The notes under the pieces were generated by a model. The model was not told the DNA's origin. It ran no database searches and saw only the letters and a list, made by a program, of their open reading frames with translations. From positions 59,644,001 to 59,708,000 of the forward strand of contig OZ296656.1 of NCBI GenBank assembly GCA_965655095.1: DNA of 64,000 nucleotides. Direction: 5' to 3'. Below, one piece after another: positions 25,300 to 38,225 of this stretch. The position numbers and the translations under genes were made by a program. Positions within the stretch are counted from its first letter, which is position 1; the number at the start of each line of letters is the position of its first letter. The stretch comes from Haplodiscus bocki. Taxonomy: Eukaryota.

Positions 25300-26190
25300 A
25301 ATCAAGTTTCCTTCGAATGGAAAGTTGAATTGCATATCAGACTATGTCTGAAGCGCTTTGATGGATAAATTCTACTTGAGCAATTTCTTTTTACATTTGT
25401 GATTCCGCCCTCTTGGTGGTCAGTCAAGTGTTTTGCGTACAATTTCCAAGTGTCTGCGAGCGTCACCATCAACATTTGAAAAGATATATATTTCTGAAGG
25501 AAACTAAATCTTTCAATTGGTTTCATGTGGGTTCGATATATAAACACAATACAATTTCGTTTCTTCGTTCTTTGTAGCTCAGTGTCCAAAAGCTAAAAAG
25601 GTGAAAATACCCTGATGTTTCAATAACAAAGACTTTTCTCGAAATTCTATTCAATTTTCGCCAAAACGAGCAGCCTAATTTTTTTCAAGGTATCAATTGC
25701 CTAATCTTTCATTGTTCACCGACGTCTGAGAACTTACAGTCTGTTTAGCTGTTCACTTCAGATTTTTAACAGGTTGGAAAGCCAGAAATTCAGAAATCGT
25801 AGTCATTTTTGTCGATAATTGATTTCATATTTTTCCAAATTTAATGGCTTCGTTTCGTCCATCAAGATGGTAAGGGACAGCATTTTGGTCGTAAAGAGTC
25901 ATTCAATTTTGTAGGCTTCCGTTTTTTTTCGTTGGCAGTGCGTTCATAAAAAATTGAATTATCTAAAAAAGTGCTTTGGGTTTTGACTTTCCTTCTTTAT
26001 CAAACAGATATTTTTTCGGAGGGAGGGGCCATATTTCTTCCATCTGAGTGTCAATCGACGATTTTCTCTGCGCAGTGGGGCACAATCAAAAACCATGTAC
26101 TCATGTATCATCTTTTTGATGATGAACAAGTTGTCCGAATATTCTGTGAAACGAAATTATTGACTAGTTTTCTTGACATTCAAGCATATT
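25300..26190 (-). pseudogene. Decayed, intronless ORC1/CDC6-like AAA+ ATPase module
   Basis: Ordered motifs: LECQE (cf. LPCRE), eroded Walker A IVPHCAEK, Walker B TILMDE, sensor-1/arginine finger VNNERLGN*YLEKN*AARFGEN*IEF (cf. ANTMDLPERxxxxRVSSRLGxxRxxF), sensor-2 DGDARRHLEIVRK (cf. SGDARRxLDICRR). Confidence 0.58.
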
Positions 26191-27216
26191 TTTTTTCAAA
26201 ATACTCTCAAATTTTTTGATCAAGATAGTTGAAGTTTTTAGTACAAAAAAAATTTAAAGTAGGTATTCAATTATCAAAATCTCAATTCTGTTGTCCCACA
26301 TCCGGAAACTAATAGGCCGGTATTTCCAAAAACTGCCATTATGATTGATCATTCTCGATTTTCGAAGACATGTGTCTCCAAAACTATCGTCGTCATTCCT
26401 CCTATTACAGTTCCTTTTGCAGCTTTTTCATCTGAGAAGGGGCATCGCTGATGTAAATTTACTGGTTTGATTTCTTGTATCTAGAAGTGTTTTTTACTAG
26501 AAATGACAAACTTTGTAATTAGTGATAAGTGTTAAATCACATGGATATCTTCAATAAATGTTTCAATCGGCGGTCTCTCCTTAGCATTCGCAATTCTGTT
26601 GCTTGCATGGAGAACCTGGCAGGCAGAATTTGCTAGAGAAGTCTGCGAATGATGATTTTGCAGGATTTTCAAGATTATATTCCGCAAAACAATTTATTGT
26701 GTTCGTTCGAGCAAATCCTTCATTGGCAGCGGCTTGTAGAAGGTTAATCTTCCACATGGTTCCTTAAATCTTATTAGAAAACGGATAGTCTTAAACTTGT
26801 ATTTCTTGAAGCTGACTAACGTAAACTGCAACAACATTGGATATTCTGTCTTTGAGAATCGCATATTAGTCATAGTTCAGGGATTTTTGTCAAAATTGTT
26901 AGATGAATCACTAATCAACTATTTCTGGCCCAGTTTATACGGAACATATTGCGGCGTCTCTGCACCGCTGCACCGCTTGTATGGTACTCACTGTAATTCG
27001 TTGGAACTTCTAATTGCATTTAATAACTTCAGAAATTTAACTCTTCATTCTGGGAAAATGGTCAAATATTGTTTCGTCAAACTTTGTTGCATCATTTTTT
27101 ATGGTAAAGTGACACAAACATGTTTTTTTCCCAAAAGTATTTTTTTAAGTTGAGTCGTAATTCAAGCGAAAACTTAAGCTTGGTTATGATCGGATAATTT
27201 ATACTTTGTTTTGCAG

Positions 27217-27254
27217 GAAGAAAACAAAGAAGGCTTTTTCGAATTCTGAATCAG
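27217..27254 (+). CDS. 38-bp second exon of the putative secreted protein
   Basis: Acceptor CTTTGTTTTGCAG and donor CAG|GTAATG; phase matches exon 1, giving ..DTDG-RKQRRLFRILNQ with no stop. Confidence 0.55.
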
Positions 27255-30200
27255 GTAATGTGTTTTCAAATTTTTTTTTCATCTAACATTGGTTCGCAAA
27301 AGCTTTTTTGTGAACATTATTTCAGGGCCTGATACTAATATATATGGTTTTTGATTGAAAGTCTAATAGGTTTCAAATGCTTTTCCACTTGAAAATTTTA
27401 TTTTCTGGATTTTTCGAAAAACTAAATCTCAACCTTTAATTCAGGAAACCACATAATAACCTTTAGAATATCAAAAGAAAAATGTACGGGAAAAAAAGAG
27501 CTTTTTTAACTCATGTCATAACTGTGAGCTTTGAGTAGCGTTAACTGCGCCAAACAAGCTTAACGTTTTCATATCAGTATGCCTATTTCTTGGGATACTT
27601 GAACGATCGTCAGCGCATCTCAATGCCGATAAACAACTTTGCTAAAAAATATCAAAAACACCAGAAAATTATTTCAGAATTTTGGTCTTCTTGGGGTTTT
27701 AACTTGAGTCAATCTTCATCGGTGGCTAACATCTTGGAATTATAACTTCGGTCATCAGCGCCTTTCCCCCAAAAACTGAAAAGAAATCAATCAATTGCTA
27801 TTTGCGTAAAATTTAAAGCCATCTTGAAAAACTTTCAATGAAAACTCTTCAAGTAACACCCGTTTGATCTAGTTTTTGATTGGCCTTGTCGAAAAAACTT
27901 TCTTCTTTGATGACCTTAAGATGAGGCCTCAAAACCCTAAATGGAAATAAATGTTTTTAATTGAATGGACGGAGTCGTCAAATATACTCGAAACAACCTT
28001 CTGAATGACGTCATGAATATTATTTTAAACACGTGCCTCCAGTCTCCGCACCCTTGAGAGTTCAGAAACCACACCTTTCTTCACTTCACGACCATATACT
28101 CTCAATTTTCGAGTCTAACATGTAGGTCCAAATAAATCTTGAATTTCCAATCATTCTACCTGCGCTGTGAGAAGACTTTGACGTAGAGGACAAAAGAGAC
28201 AAACGAAATCGAACGAAAACAACTCAAGCGACTCAAGCATAAAAAAAGAAAAAAAGGGTCAAAAACAATTTCTCAACTTTAATTTAGCCTCAATGTGGCC
28301 GCAAAATGTAGCAATTAGTTCCAAAGGAGTCTATTGACGATGCTAGTACAAGACGCTCAGCTCGCTATGGGATATTTTTTGATCCAAATATTTAGCTAAA
28401 TTCCGTTTTCTTTTGAAATGCATAAACATAGCAACTTTTGACATCAATTTCAGATATTTGATGCTCAAATACTTAGTAATTATGCGAGTTTACTGTTCAA
28501 AATTGCTTTAAACTTAAAATCCAGCAGAAAAAAAACGAGTTTTTTCCAAAAAAAACTATATTTAAAAACATGATTTTCTGAAGTTACCATAATGGTCGAA
28601 TTCTGTGCCAAATTTAGAATAAATTAGCCATAACGCTGAACTGTGCTAGTTATAAATTTAGAAAATGACATAATAGAAGTATTAATAGCTACTTAACATT
28701 TGAAGGAATGGTTGTAGGAGAGCGGTAACAAAGTTGGAATTGCACATTTTGAAACTTCAAAACTTCGTTGACATGCCCAAAATCAAAAGCAACGAAGCCT
28801 TTCTATTTGCTACCTCCCCGTTCTCGGTGTTGGATTTTCACAAACGGCACACCTTACTCGCTAAGAATTTAATTTTTGACTCCTTTTAGAGGATCACCAT
28901 ATTTGGTGCTCCTTGGCGTAAGGCTCACCGGACTTCGTCATAACCTTGAAAATTATGAGAGCTCGGAAAAACTGAGCGGCCGGCCACCAACAGTAAAAAT
29001 CATAATTCTCCCAATTGCCTACCGTCAACTGCGACCAAGAAAACCAGAACTATTGAAAATCCAACTTTCCTCTCTTGAAACTTTGAAAACTTCAAAACTT
29101 TGAACTGACCAAAAAACTTGCTCGGTCGGACTTTGAGATTTTTTATCTTCATCATTTTGAATGAAACGAATTGTTAGTATCTAAAATAACTAACCCTGGG
29201 ATAGTACAACTCACCAGATCAATCCTAATTAATTGAGATCGGGTCCATTAGCAGAAATTCTGAATAGGAGTGCAACGGAAATTGCTCTGAACGAGAGCAC
29301 TTTGAACAAGAGCCCATTGAAAAATGCCCGAAACTTAAGAGAAATTGCTCAGTGGTTCTGCCATTTGGGATGGTGCTTTTTTAAGCTGCTTCCATTGAAG
29401 TGCAATGATGCTGAGCCTTAGGTAAAACTCTTGACGAACCCAGTTTCGATCAGAATCATGTTCATTGGTTAGCTGATGGTACTTGCCTAAACATAAGGGA
29501 AATCGCTCAGTTGCTACGCTCTAGGCGAGTTACCCAGTCTTAGTTACTAACACAAACCTCTGATAGAAACTGAGCCAGCGGTCAACAAATTCCCTAGGTT
29601 TTATTCTACGGGTTGATAATTTTGAACTGGCCTAAGAGAAGTCGCTAGGTTGATCCGCTTCGCGAATTACCTAGTCTTAACCAAAATTGATTTAGACGTT
29701 CACCTATGAAATAAACTGCGGAAAAAAATGGTTGAGCACATTCGCCATTCTATCGCAAACTTAAAACAGAGCAAACCGATGATGCTCAAAGGCAACCCAA
29801 TTCCTACACGGTGAGGAGAGGTCTTACTTAATTATCATTACCGCAGCTACGGTTAATTTCATATTTCATTTTCGCATCAATTAAAAGCGCGTGCAACAAT
29901 ATCTTTTTTGAATTCTTTTTGTAAATTTTATATTGATAAATCCGGCGTGAACTTCTGAGTGTTAGCAAATTTTGATCAAATAACGTTGAATGGTAAATTG
30001 CTGACGTTCTTACTTTGGTTAATATTGGAATAGAGTGAATTCAAAACCAAACTTTTCTGTGCTTAAACCGGTACCATCCACTCTTTAAATTTGCTAGCAG
30101 GTTTGACATTGCATTTATCCTATTTAGAACCATAACTTGTTCAATTTATATAACAGAATTGCTTGCGTTGGAGAAATTCTTGAAAAATCCTTCAACCACT

Positions 30201-30924
30201 CAAAATCCATCCACTGAGTCCTTGCTCGCGAAATCACGCTCTACTTTGTTCACGCGGGCCAGCAAGGAAGATTCGAGACTTAAGTTTGTCTAATCCGCAA
30301 CCACCTCACATCAAGAAAGTGACAAGGTTGCGTCAACAATAAACTCAAAAAAATACACTTCCCGCGCGACAGTAGGATTGACTTTTGGTAACCTTGAAGG
30401 AAATTGAATGAAATTGGAACCCTAAAAACAAGTAGACGGGAAAAACTAAAGATAGTGCCCAACTAGCAGAAGAGTGAGTCGACCAAGTGGGGGAGTGGAA
30501 GACCCTATGTAATAAGAGAGGTAACAGGAAACCAAGTGGAGCTGAGAGCTAAAAACCGAGAGAGGGGAGGGGTCTTCCAACCAAGGCGGGAGCTCGTTGG
30601 TGTTTTTGGGTTACATAAAACTCAATTTCGAAAAACTGACGAGCTAATTGCATTTTTTTAAATGCTCGATTCAAGTTGGTTGTCCAACACTCTTCAGTTT
30701 TGGTTGAATACTGAGTGTGATCATGAAGGTATTAGGATTGGGAATGGAGTTAAGTTTTAATTCAAATCGACCAGAGGTTTTTTCAAGGTACGAGGATACG
30801 AAATTGAGTAAAAAATGACTCACTCTAGACAAATTATTTTTTTTGGAAAACAACTTTTGATGGTTTTTTCTGGCAGCCTGCCCCATCAGAGCGAAGATTC
30901 ATTACGTTTGTGGTTCATTTCTAG

Positions 30925-30990
30925 ACACTTGTGGATCGTTTCATACGGCTGCGGTTAAATATGACGCCTGCAAAAACCGATTTGCTATGA
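30925..30990 (+). CDS. Candidate terminal exon of the same gene
   Basis: Acceptor TTCATTTCTAG. Phase 0 gives TLVDRFIRLRLNMTPAKTDLL*; phase 1 gives (D)TCGSFHTAAVKYDACKNRFAMIKMLTLC* (to 31013), which would need an unseen intermediate exon. AATAAA at ~31332. Confidence 0.3.
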   Translation, partial: TLVDRFIRLRLNMTPAKTDLL

Positions 30991-32078
30991 TAAAAATGCT
31001 TACATTGTGCTAATTTCAGAGTTTGTTGATTTGTTCGGCTTTGTTATCGTCTTCGGCACACGGAAAGCATTGAGGTACTTGAACCATGTTAGGAGTAGCA
31101 AGGTTATTTGATATTGTTTTTGGGGTGCATTTAGTTCAGTCAACGTTTCAAAATGAATGTTTTATAGGTAGGTCTAGGTAGTGCATTCTTTTGGACCGAG
31201 AAGCCTCAAAGTTCTGGAGAAAAAACTACAGTAATAACGGTTGAATCTCTTATTCAGTTGTTCACTGTTACCAAGAACGATTCCTCAAATCGTGTGAAAT
31301 TTTCAAGGAAATCACAAGTCAAAGCTGGACAAATAAAAATAAAAACGTTTGCCTTTGCCGAGTGATAAAGAGCTCACATGCTTACACAACTGGCTGCACA
31401 CACAATTTTGTTGAGTAGTTGACAGAAAACCTTCTAATTTGCGTATTTTTTATATCGGTGTTGATTCTTTGAACTGTCTGATCATTTTTGCTTCTCAATT
31501 TTTCCTTGTCCCTGATTAAATAACTGCAAGAACATGGTTCTATAAAAATTTCTACGCGTAAGAATCATTGACATGACGTAACCACAGTTTCAATGGACAA
31601 AAATCAACAAAAGTGAGTGAAATTTTTTAACAGAGAAGCGCAAACCGAGAGAGTATGACAGAGACAGTACGTGTATGTTATTATCGTTCGGATTTTGTAT
31701 TTGAAAAGTGGAGGCGTGGATTGATCAAGAAGCCAAAAAATATAATTTAATAGACTGATGATTCAATTGAAAGAGTAGTTATATTTTCAATTCAGTGAAA
31801 CTATCGTTTAGTGTTATTTGTCTATTCGTTGCATCTCATGTCTGCTTTAAACTTGCGTCGCATGAAATGCCCACATTTACTTGACGAAATAAAGGACAAA
31901 AAATTGGGCACAACTTGCTACAGAGTGGGAAAGACTGGATGTCTTTTTCTGTACTGACAGGAGATTTGAAATATCTTTAGCGCATTTTACCACGCACGCG
32001 TGTTTAAAAAAAAGAACTTTTCCAAAAACACATGCACATCTAGCGAAGACAGAGACTGAAACACCCAGCTTAGGAACA

Positions 32079-32480
32079 ACAAGACAGCCGGCTACACTGG
32101 CATAAATTTTCCTTTTCCATTTTGGTATGCACGCCATCCAAATCAATTAAAGCCTTTCTCTTCGAATTACTTTCTTTGTTCAATTTTTTTTTCTAATCTC
32201 TCCATCTTGAAAATTTCAATTTTCTGCAAAACAAATCTCGCGATTTATTTGGAAAGGAATGTTTTTCGATATTTTATCGTATGGTACGCATTCGTCAGCA
32301 AAATTGTCACCTCTAACCATTTTGAAAAAAAAAACGAGATTTCGTTCAAAGAAAAACATAGACTTTTTCTATAAAAATAATAATTTTGCGAGATTCAGGA
32401 AAAATTGTCGTTTCAGTTTCTACAACAAATTTTAAAAAAAGAGGTGCAGACGCGCTGCAAAATTATTCCAACGACGGTGG
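32079..32480 (-). mobile_element. Diverged family B (Helentron/DINE-like) copy
   Basis: Begins ACAAGACAGCCGGCTACACTGGCATA; internal ATGGTACGCATTC shared with other copies. Confidence 0.6.
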
Positions 32481-32589
32481 GTACGAAGAGACTCTGAAAT
32501 GATAACGTTAGGGTGCAAGGACTCATGTTCCTAGCACAATAAGTAAAGTGTTAGCTAGAAAAAATGTCCCCAAAACTCGTTGGTACATG

Positions 32590-33200
32590 TCTGGCGGAAA
32601 ATTTCCACCGTTTGCTTTGAAAACAAGAAAAACTTAGCAAAACTTTCACGCTTTGCATCGAAACTGTTTGGCAAGGTTGTCAAAACTGCATTCTACCCTC
32701 CAGAGCAATATTTTCAGAAAAAAAATGCGTATGTTTTGACATACCGTCAAATTTATAATGTTTATTGGACCATCAGTAAACATTTGTGGACTTTTGACAA
32801 ACCATTCCCGGCAGGGTTGTCAAATCTGCATTCAACATGTCGGTGCAATTTTTTTAAAGAAAAATGTAGATTTTTATCGCTCACAATTGTTTTGTTTTCG
32901 GAATTTGAAGGCAATTTTTCTAAAGCTCTGACAAACATTTTCCGGGAGGGTTGCCAGAACTGCATTCTACATGTCCGGAAGACCGTGAAATAAAGTAATT
33001 TTCCATATTTTTTCGCGAAAAATTTTCGGCCTGCGAGAGCACATTTTTCGAACCTTCGCCAAAGTTTTTCGGAAGGGTGGTTAAAGCTTCATTCTTAGTC
33101 TTCCGTGGAACATTTTGATGAAATTTGTTTCTAAAGAGACTAAAGGTTATATATGTTTTCGGATTTCGATTGGAAAGTTTTCGTTTTCTTACACATATTT
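32590..33200 (+). repeat. Degenerate ~125-140-bp tandem repeat, about 4 units
   Basis: GGC(A)AGGTTGTCAAAACTGCATTCTAC-like core at ~32670, 32810, 32944 and 33070. Confidence 0.75.
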
Positions 33201-33449
33201 TTGTCTCAAAACTGGTCCAGAAGAGAACCTGTGCTGAAAAGTTTTTCAAATCAATCATTAAGAAAAAGGTTTTCAGCCTTTCCCATTTTGTAACATAATC
33301 TGTCCACTTTTCTCTGCTTTATTTCTTCAAAAACTTTTTGGCATTTTTTTCGGTGCAAGTTCAAGGTAGACTTTAGACGCATCAATGAGACAAAAAATAC
33401 AAGAACAATAGGTTCAATGGGTTGAAATTTTGTCTATTCTTTTTTCGCA

Positions 33450-36120
33450 CTGTCAATTGAAACATGAGTCTATCATGTTAGTTCTTCTTGGATTCTTGAT
33501 CAACTCAGGCTTCCAATAATTATACACACGCCCTTAAACGAAGGAGTAGAACATACTGCCTCTGCCACTCTTCACAAATTGTGAGTTGCTCGTTACAGTA
33601 ATTAGGACTCCTTCGTTGATTTAGAACTGATTTAAAACCATTGAAACCGTTGTTTTGTCATGTTGGTGATTCTTAAGGAAAGAAAAGAGCGCAGAGCTTT
33701 AATTTTGCGAAAATTCATCAAGAAGGAACAAATATTAACAGAAAATATGATCAGACGTTTGAAAACAAACCAATTCCGACCTATAAAGTTACAAAAATTG
33801 AAAAATTGTTTACATTTACTCAACAAAAACGTGTGTATTGAATGATTGCAAGCACTTGATCACCTTACCACCTCAGCACTTGGTGAAAAAAAGACATTTT
33901 TTTCGTCACCTTTGCCTTGTGGTTTTGTTTCAGGGTTTTTTCACGCAAGTCCAAGGATATTGAGTGGTTTCACTTTATGTCTGAACAGGAAATGCAACGG
34001 TCAACATTCCAATTTTCCTTGTCAAGAAACTTAAGTTTTCCGCAGTGCGAATCGATTCAAAACCCAAAACTACTTTTAAAACTTCAATCTTTGTACATTA
34101 ACTAAACGAGAAGCCAATGCTTATAGATTATCAGAAACTCTTGCCCATCCTGATACTTTTGTGGTACCTTAATACCTTGTCCGATATGGAAATAACACCA
34201 ACGCTGAATATTTTGGGAAAAGTCTAATTATATTAGTCTGCAAATCTTCATTGACGTAGCAAATGAGTAAATGCAGGCCAAATAAACAACCGAAGACCTA
34301 ATGAACTATCCATAAGCGTTGAATATATCCTCACGGATGGGGCAGGTGGTCAGCGGAGACCATCAAAAAACGCTTTTTGAAAAAATAGCAGTGCCATAAA
34401 GGGTCATTACACTGAACTTCGTATCTTTATACAATACGAAACGATATTGCTTTTACTAATAGATTGCTGAGCTCCAACTTGTTTCTTTTTATCTTGCTGA
34501 ACACAATAGGATTCCACTTAAAACTAAATAATTGTTGGAAGCCGTTTAAAATCGAGCACAGTAAACCCAAAATGTTCGTCAACGAATCCAAAGAGAGTGT
34601 CAGGTAGCTCAAAAACACAGGAGAATTCTCAATCAGAGTAGAAAAGCCTTCTCGGTTCTCAGATTTGCTTGGATTGCTGTTATCATTCCTAATATATGAG
34701 GTCTTTCCCCTGCCTGATCGACCCCTTCTTCCACTACTAACCCATTACTGACGGAATGCTGACGGTGCAATGCCTGATCAAAGGCTCAGATGCTGAACTT
34801 TCAACAAAATGAAATTGCCGTGAGACTCAAGATCAAAAACCCGGCGTGGATCGACGATACAATGATCTTAACCAAACGAAATAGATCCGGACACTGATAG
34901 GAATTAGACAGGAGACTGGATACGTTGGCAAAATCCAGGTATTGTTTGGGCAAAAAAGCCCAATTATTGGAGCAAAGTAGGAGTGGGTCGGGCCAATATT
35001 TCATTCAGAACGAAATTTAACCAATAAAAAGTCTATTGGAAGCCATTGAAAAGTTGAAACAACCCGATGACTGAAATGAACGAAAAATTTTGGGAGCAAT
35101 ACTCATCTAATTATATAGAGCACCACTCAGCAAAAACTAACAACTTACAGCAACTTCTATGGTAAAAAAACGGAAGGAATCGGACCACAAATCACACCGA
35201 AACGTTCAAAATTCTAAATTGACAACTATGAAGTTTTCATGGTTGTCACATTACAAAAGCGAATTGGAGAAGATATTGAATACACACGCGAGTACGAAAG
35301 GTTCGGTGAAACCCTTTGGCACAACCAGGAAAGGTGTGAGCTGGAACCAATAGCAATTGCTAGTACGTGTTTTTGGTTGAAAAAAATGGAGGTAATTTAG
35401 GAAAAATGACGGTTACAATTTTTAGATTATATATCAAAGATGAACCGACAAAATTTCTTCACGCATCATAAAGCTTCGCAGTTTTTGTTGAGAAGAAACA
35501 GGAGTAATAAAGCGTATTGTGCAAAACTCTCAAGCTAATTAGGCTGCTTAGTGTTCACTTTGAGAAAAACGCTACCGAAGGACTGATTCTTGCTAACACT
35601 GAACATCTTAGCAGGCATCCCACCGGAATGGCTGTGAACGGAATACCCGATACCAACTGAGAAATCAGCCTGGAAATTTAGGTAAAAACCGAAGAGAATA
35701 AACTCATTAACCAATTCGAAAGTTCTAAAGCTAGTTTTTGTCTCTTACCGTTATTGACAAGTTGTAATCCTAGACGAGGTGATGCCATTAGAATGAGCTA
35801 CAGCAAAGGTAGGCGCAAGGAAAGTACAGGTAGTTAAATGGGCGCACTATGCCGGTGCAGAAACGATGAGTCATTTTAAAACGGGGAACGTTTGCAATGT
35901 CATGGCTACTTCAACACTCAGTCTCGCAGATACCCTTGGAACGCAGTTACAAATTTGCTACGAATCTTCAATTAGTAGGTCAAAGAACCACTGATGGAGC
36001 TCAACTGTTGAAAACGTTGGTATTTCTGAAGGGAAATGCCATGACACCATTGTGCCGGAACAAATTGTTTACGATTACCGATTATCGACACGGAACGGCC
36101 TTGTAATTGACAAAGATGAA
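33450..36120. mobile_element. Rearranged Gypsy pol relic: integrase on minus (~33450-34620), RT C-terminus/RNase H on plus (~34780-35900)
   Basis: Plus: EWVG..QN.I, LEAIEKLKQP..ILGAI. Minus: VDEHF, GTAIFSKSVF, CPIRED, RT..TTKVS. Confidence 0.45.
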
Positions 36121-36641
36121 ACAAGACGGCCGGCTACCACCGGCATATTTCCGACTTCCCAATTTGGTAAAAATGCAAATTTGAAAGATAAAAACGTTTT
36201 TTCCTCGAAAAAACACACATTTTCTTCATCATATCTTCTAATTTTTCCAACGTTCAAAGTTTTCTAATTTTTCGCCAAAAAATCTCACAATGAGGGCAGA
36301 AAAAAAAATTTTTTAAGAAATATTACCATATGATACGCATTCTACAGCAAATTTACAACCTTTAGCGACTTTTGAAAAATTCAAGATTTTTTTTCAAAAA
36401 ATCCATCTATTTTTTTGGAGAAAACCCAAATTTTGAACGTGTTGAGAAATCTTACTACTCCAGTCGCATTGTACGGCGAATTTGATACAATTTGATGAAA
36501 AAAAAACGACATTCAGACAAGTGAACAACCGATGTTGGCTCGTTTAGTGCGAGCTCAACTGGCAAACATCGGGTTGAAAAACGCACCTGTTTGAGAGGAA
36601 GATTTTGCTTTCCATATTTTCAATATGGCGCAAAATAATAA
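36121..36641 (-). mobile_element. Family B Helentron/DINE-like element, best-preserved copy
   Basis: ACAAGACGGCCGGCTACCACCGGC (short terminal hairpin GCCGG-ctacca-CCGGC) through ATGGCGCAAAATAATAA; inverse of 17951-18463. Confidence 0.75.
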
Positions 36642-36966
36642 GTATATATTAGCCTACGGTGTACATTTATCTCGTTACCACACAAAGTATACCCAGTAGT
36701 CAAAAAATGCATGTAGAGGTAACCCAAACCTTTGGGTGGCCACATATTATCAAGGGCATGCAGATGAAATGTCATGAAGGCTATCCTTGCAAATGGCAGG
36801 TTACAAAATGTAACTGAATAATCTACTTACGGAGAAAAGAGGTTTCCAGAACTAAAGACTCCGAATGGCTTTCATTGAACCAATCAATTCTCAGCACCTA
36901 ATTGTTTTTATCATACTGTCGCTTGATAGGCATATGAACTGGTCAGTAGACTGTTTCACAAAAAAA

Positions 36967-37706
36967 CAGGGTTGGCATATTGTTCAACAGTGTTATTTGA
37001 CAACGTCATAAATAAGTGTTTTTTTCGTTTAAATTACAATTGTTTGTTATTTATTTGCTCCTTACTCCTAAAATATGACTCAAAATATATAACAAAAAAT
37101 ATATCGTTTTGACGGGTTTAATGTGCTGAAACCAGGCGAACAAAAGTTGTTGCATGAAATTGGGCCATGTAGCAAGAATACATCATTTTGACGCCTGCAA
37201 CGTCCGATTTCAATTCGCAGCATATAGTGGGATTAATCGATCACGTGTGTGATTCACGCGCCAATTCACGCGCCGTGGTAACAAAATCTCATTCCCGCAG
37301 TTAACAACTATCCTGCGAAGTAAACACCATGTCATGGATATCTATTCGAGAACGACTATAAAACAGTTGCACCTGGTGCGTGGTGGAGTGTCGATCAGAA
37401 ACTGGGGTTCATTGAAGACATGATCCAATTTTCAATGTCTATCGTGACTGCTTCCACTGCTACTGCAAGCTTGGAACGCAGTTTCTCAACGCTTGGTTTA
37501 ACTTACGGGAAGCTTCGAGCTCAACTCGGGGACAAAAAATTTGGAAAATTTGCATTTTCATTCAGGGAACTCAACAAACTATAAGTTTTAGTACTGTCTC
37601 GAATAAACTTGAATAAAATACCTAAATTACAAAAAACACTGTTTTTTTTCGATAAATAGCTGTTTGTTTGTTATTTATATAAGTAACTTACAAAATACCA
37701 ACCTTG
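36967..37706 (+). mobile_element. Internally deleted hAT DNA transposon
   Basis: Imperfect TIRs CAGGGTTGGCA / TACCAACCTTG; hAT dimerisation-domain translation PGAWW..ASTATASLERSFSTLGLTYGKLRAQLG (37372-37580). No 8-bp TSD visible. Confidence 0.75.
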
Positions 37707-37928
37707 AAACCAGCAACAAGATTACTACATCAATGCGTTGCCTTAGATGGGCATTGCTAGAATTAGCGTGTAGCGGAAAGAAATTCAGATCCGAATGTAA
37801 GAAAAAAGTAAATTACCCTCTCAAGGTAAATTATAACAGTGTAATTTGCAGAAGTTCGATTTCAGCAGACCGATTTTGTTGAATTGATCCACTTTCAACA
37901 GAGTTTGCATTTTTGAATTTTATTTTCA

Positions 37929-38225
37929 TATGGTCCAGTGGGTGGGACAAAATATGTCTGAACTCTCAGGTCACGGGTTTGAACCCCAGTAGAGTCTCTA
38001 CTTTATATGGCCCAGTGGGTGGGACGAATGGGTTCGGGAGTCAAAGGTTTCAGTTCGAACCTCCGCATAGTCTAGATACTTTTTACACTTTATATCGGAA
38101 ACTTTTACAAAAATATACGTACTTTCGAAAAAAATTGAACTTTTTAGTCCAAATTTTTTCTTTAAATCCCTCTTGTAAAATCTCACGAATTGACAGGTAG
38201 CAGGTTCAAATCCCAGCATAAGCTA
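37929..38225 (+). repeat. tRNA-derived (SINE-like) repeat with tandem Pol III A/B boxes
   Basis: Two ~77-bp units TGG(T/C)CCAGTGGGTGGGAC..(G/A)GTT(T/C)GAACC, plus a third B box GGTTCAAATCC at ~38203; relatives at ~41298-41520 and ~45860-45890. Confidence 0.6.

Noticed and set aside
29696-29810. Possible middle exon (TTTAG..CACG|GTGAG) of the secreted-protein gene
   Set aside because: All frames from that acceptor hit stops; the internal acceptor at ~29769 has a poor pyrimidine tract.
37929-38075. Functional tRNA genes
   Set aside because: A and B boxes are present but I could not fold a cloverleaf or acceptor stem.
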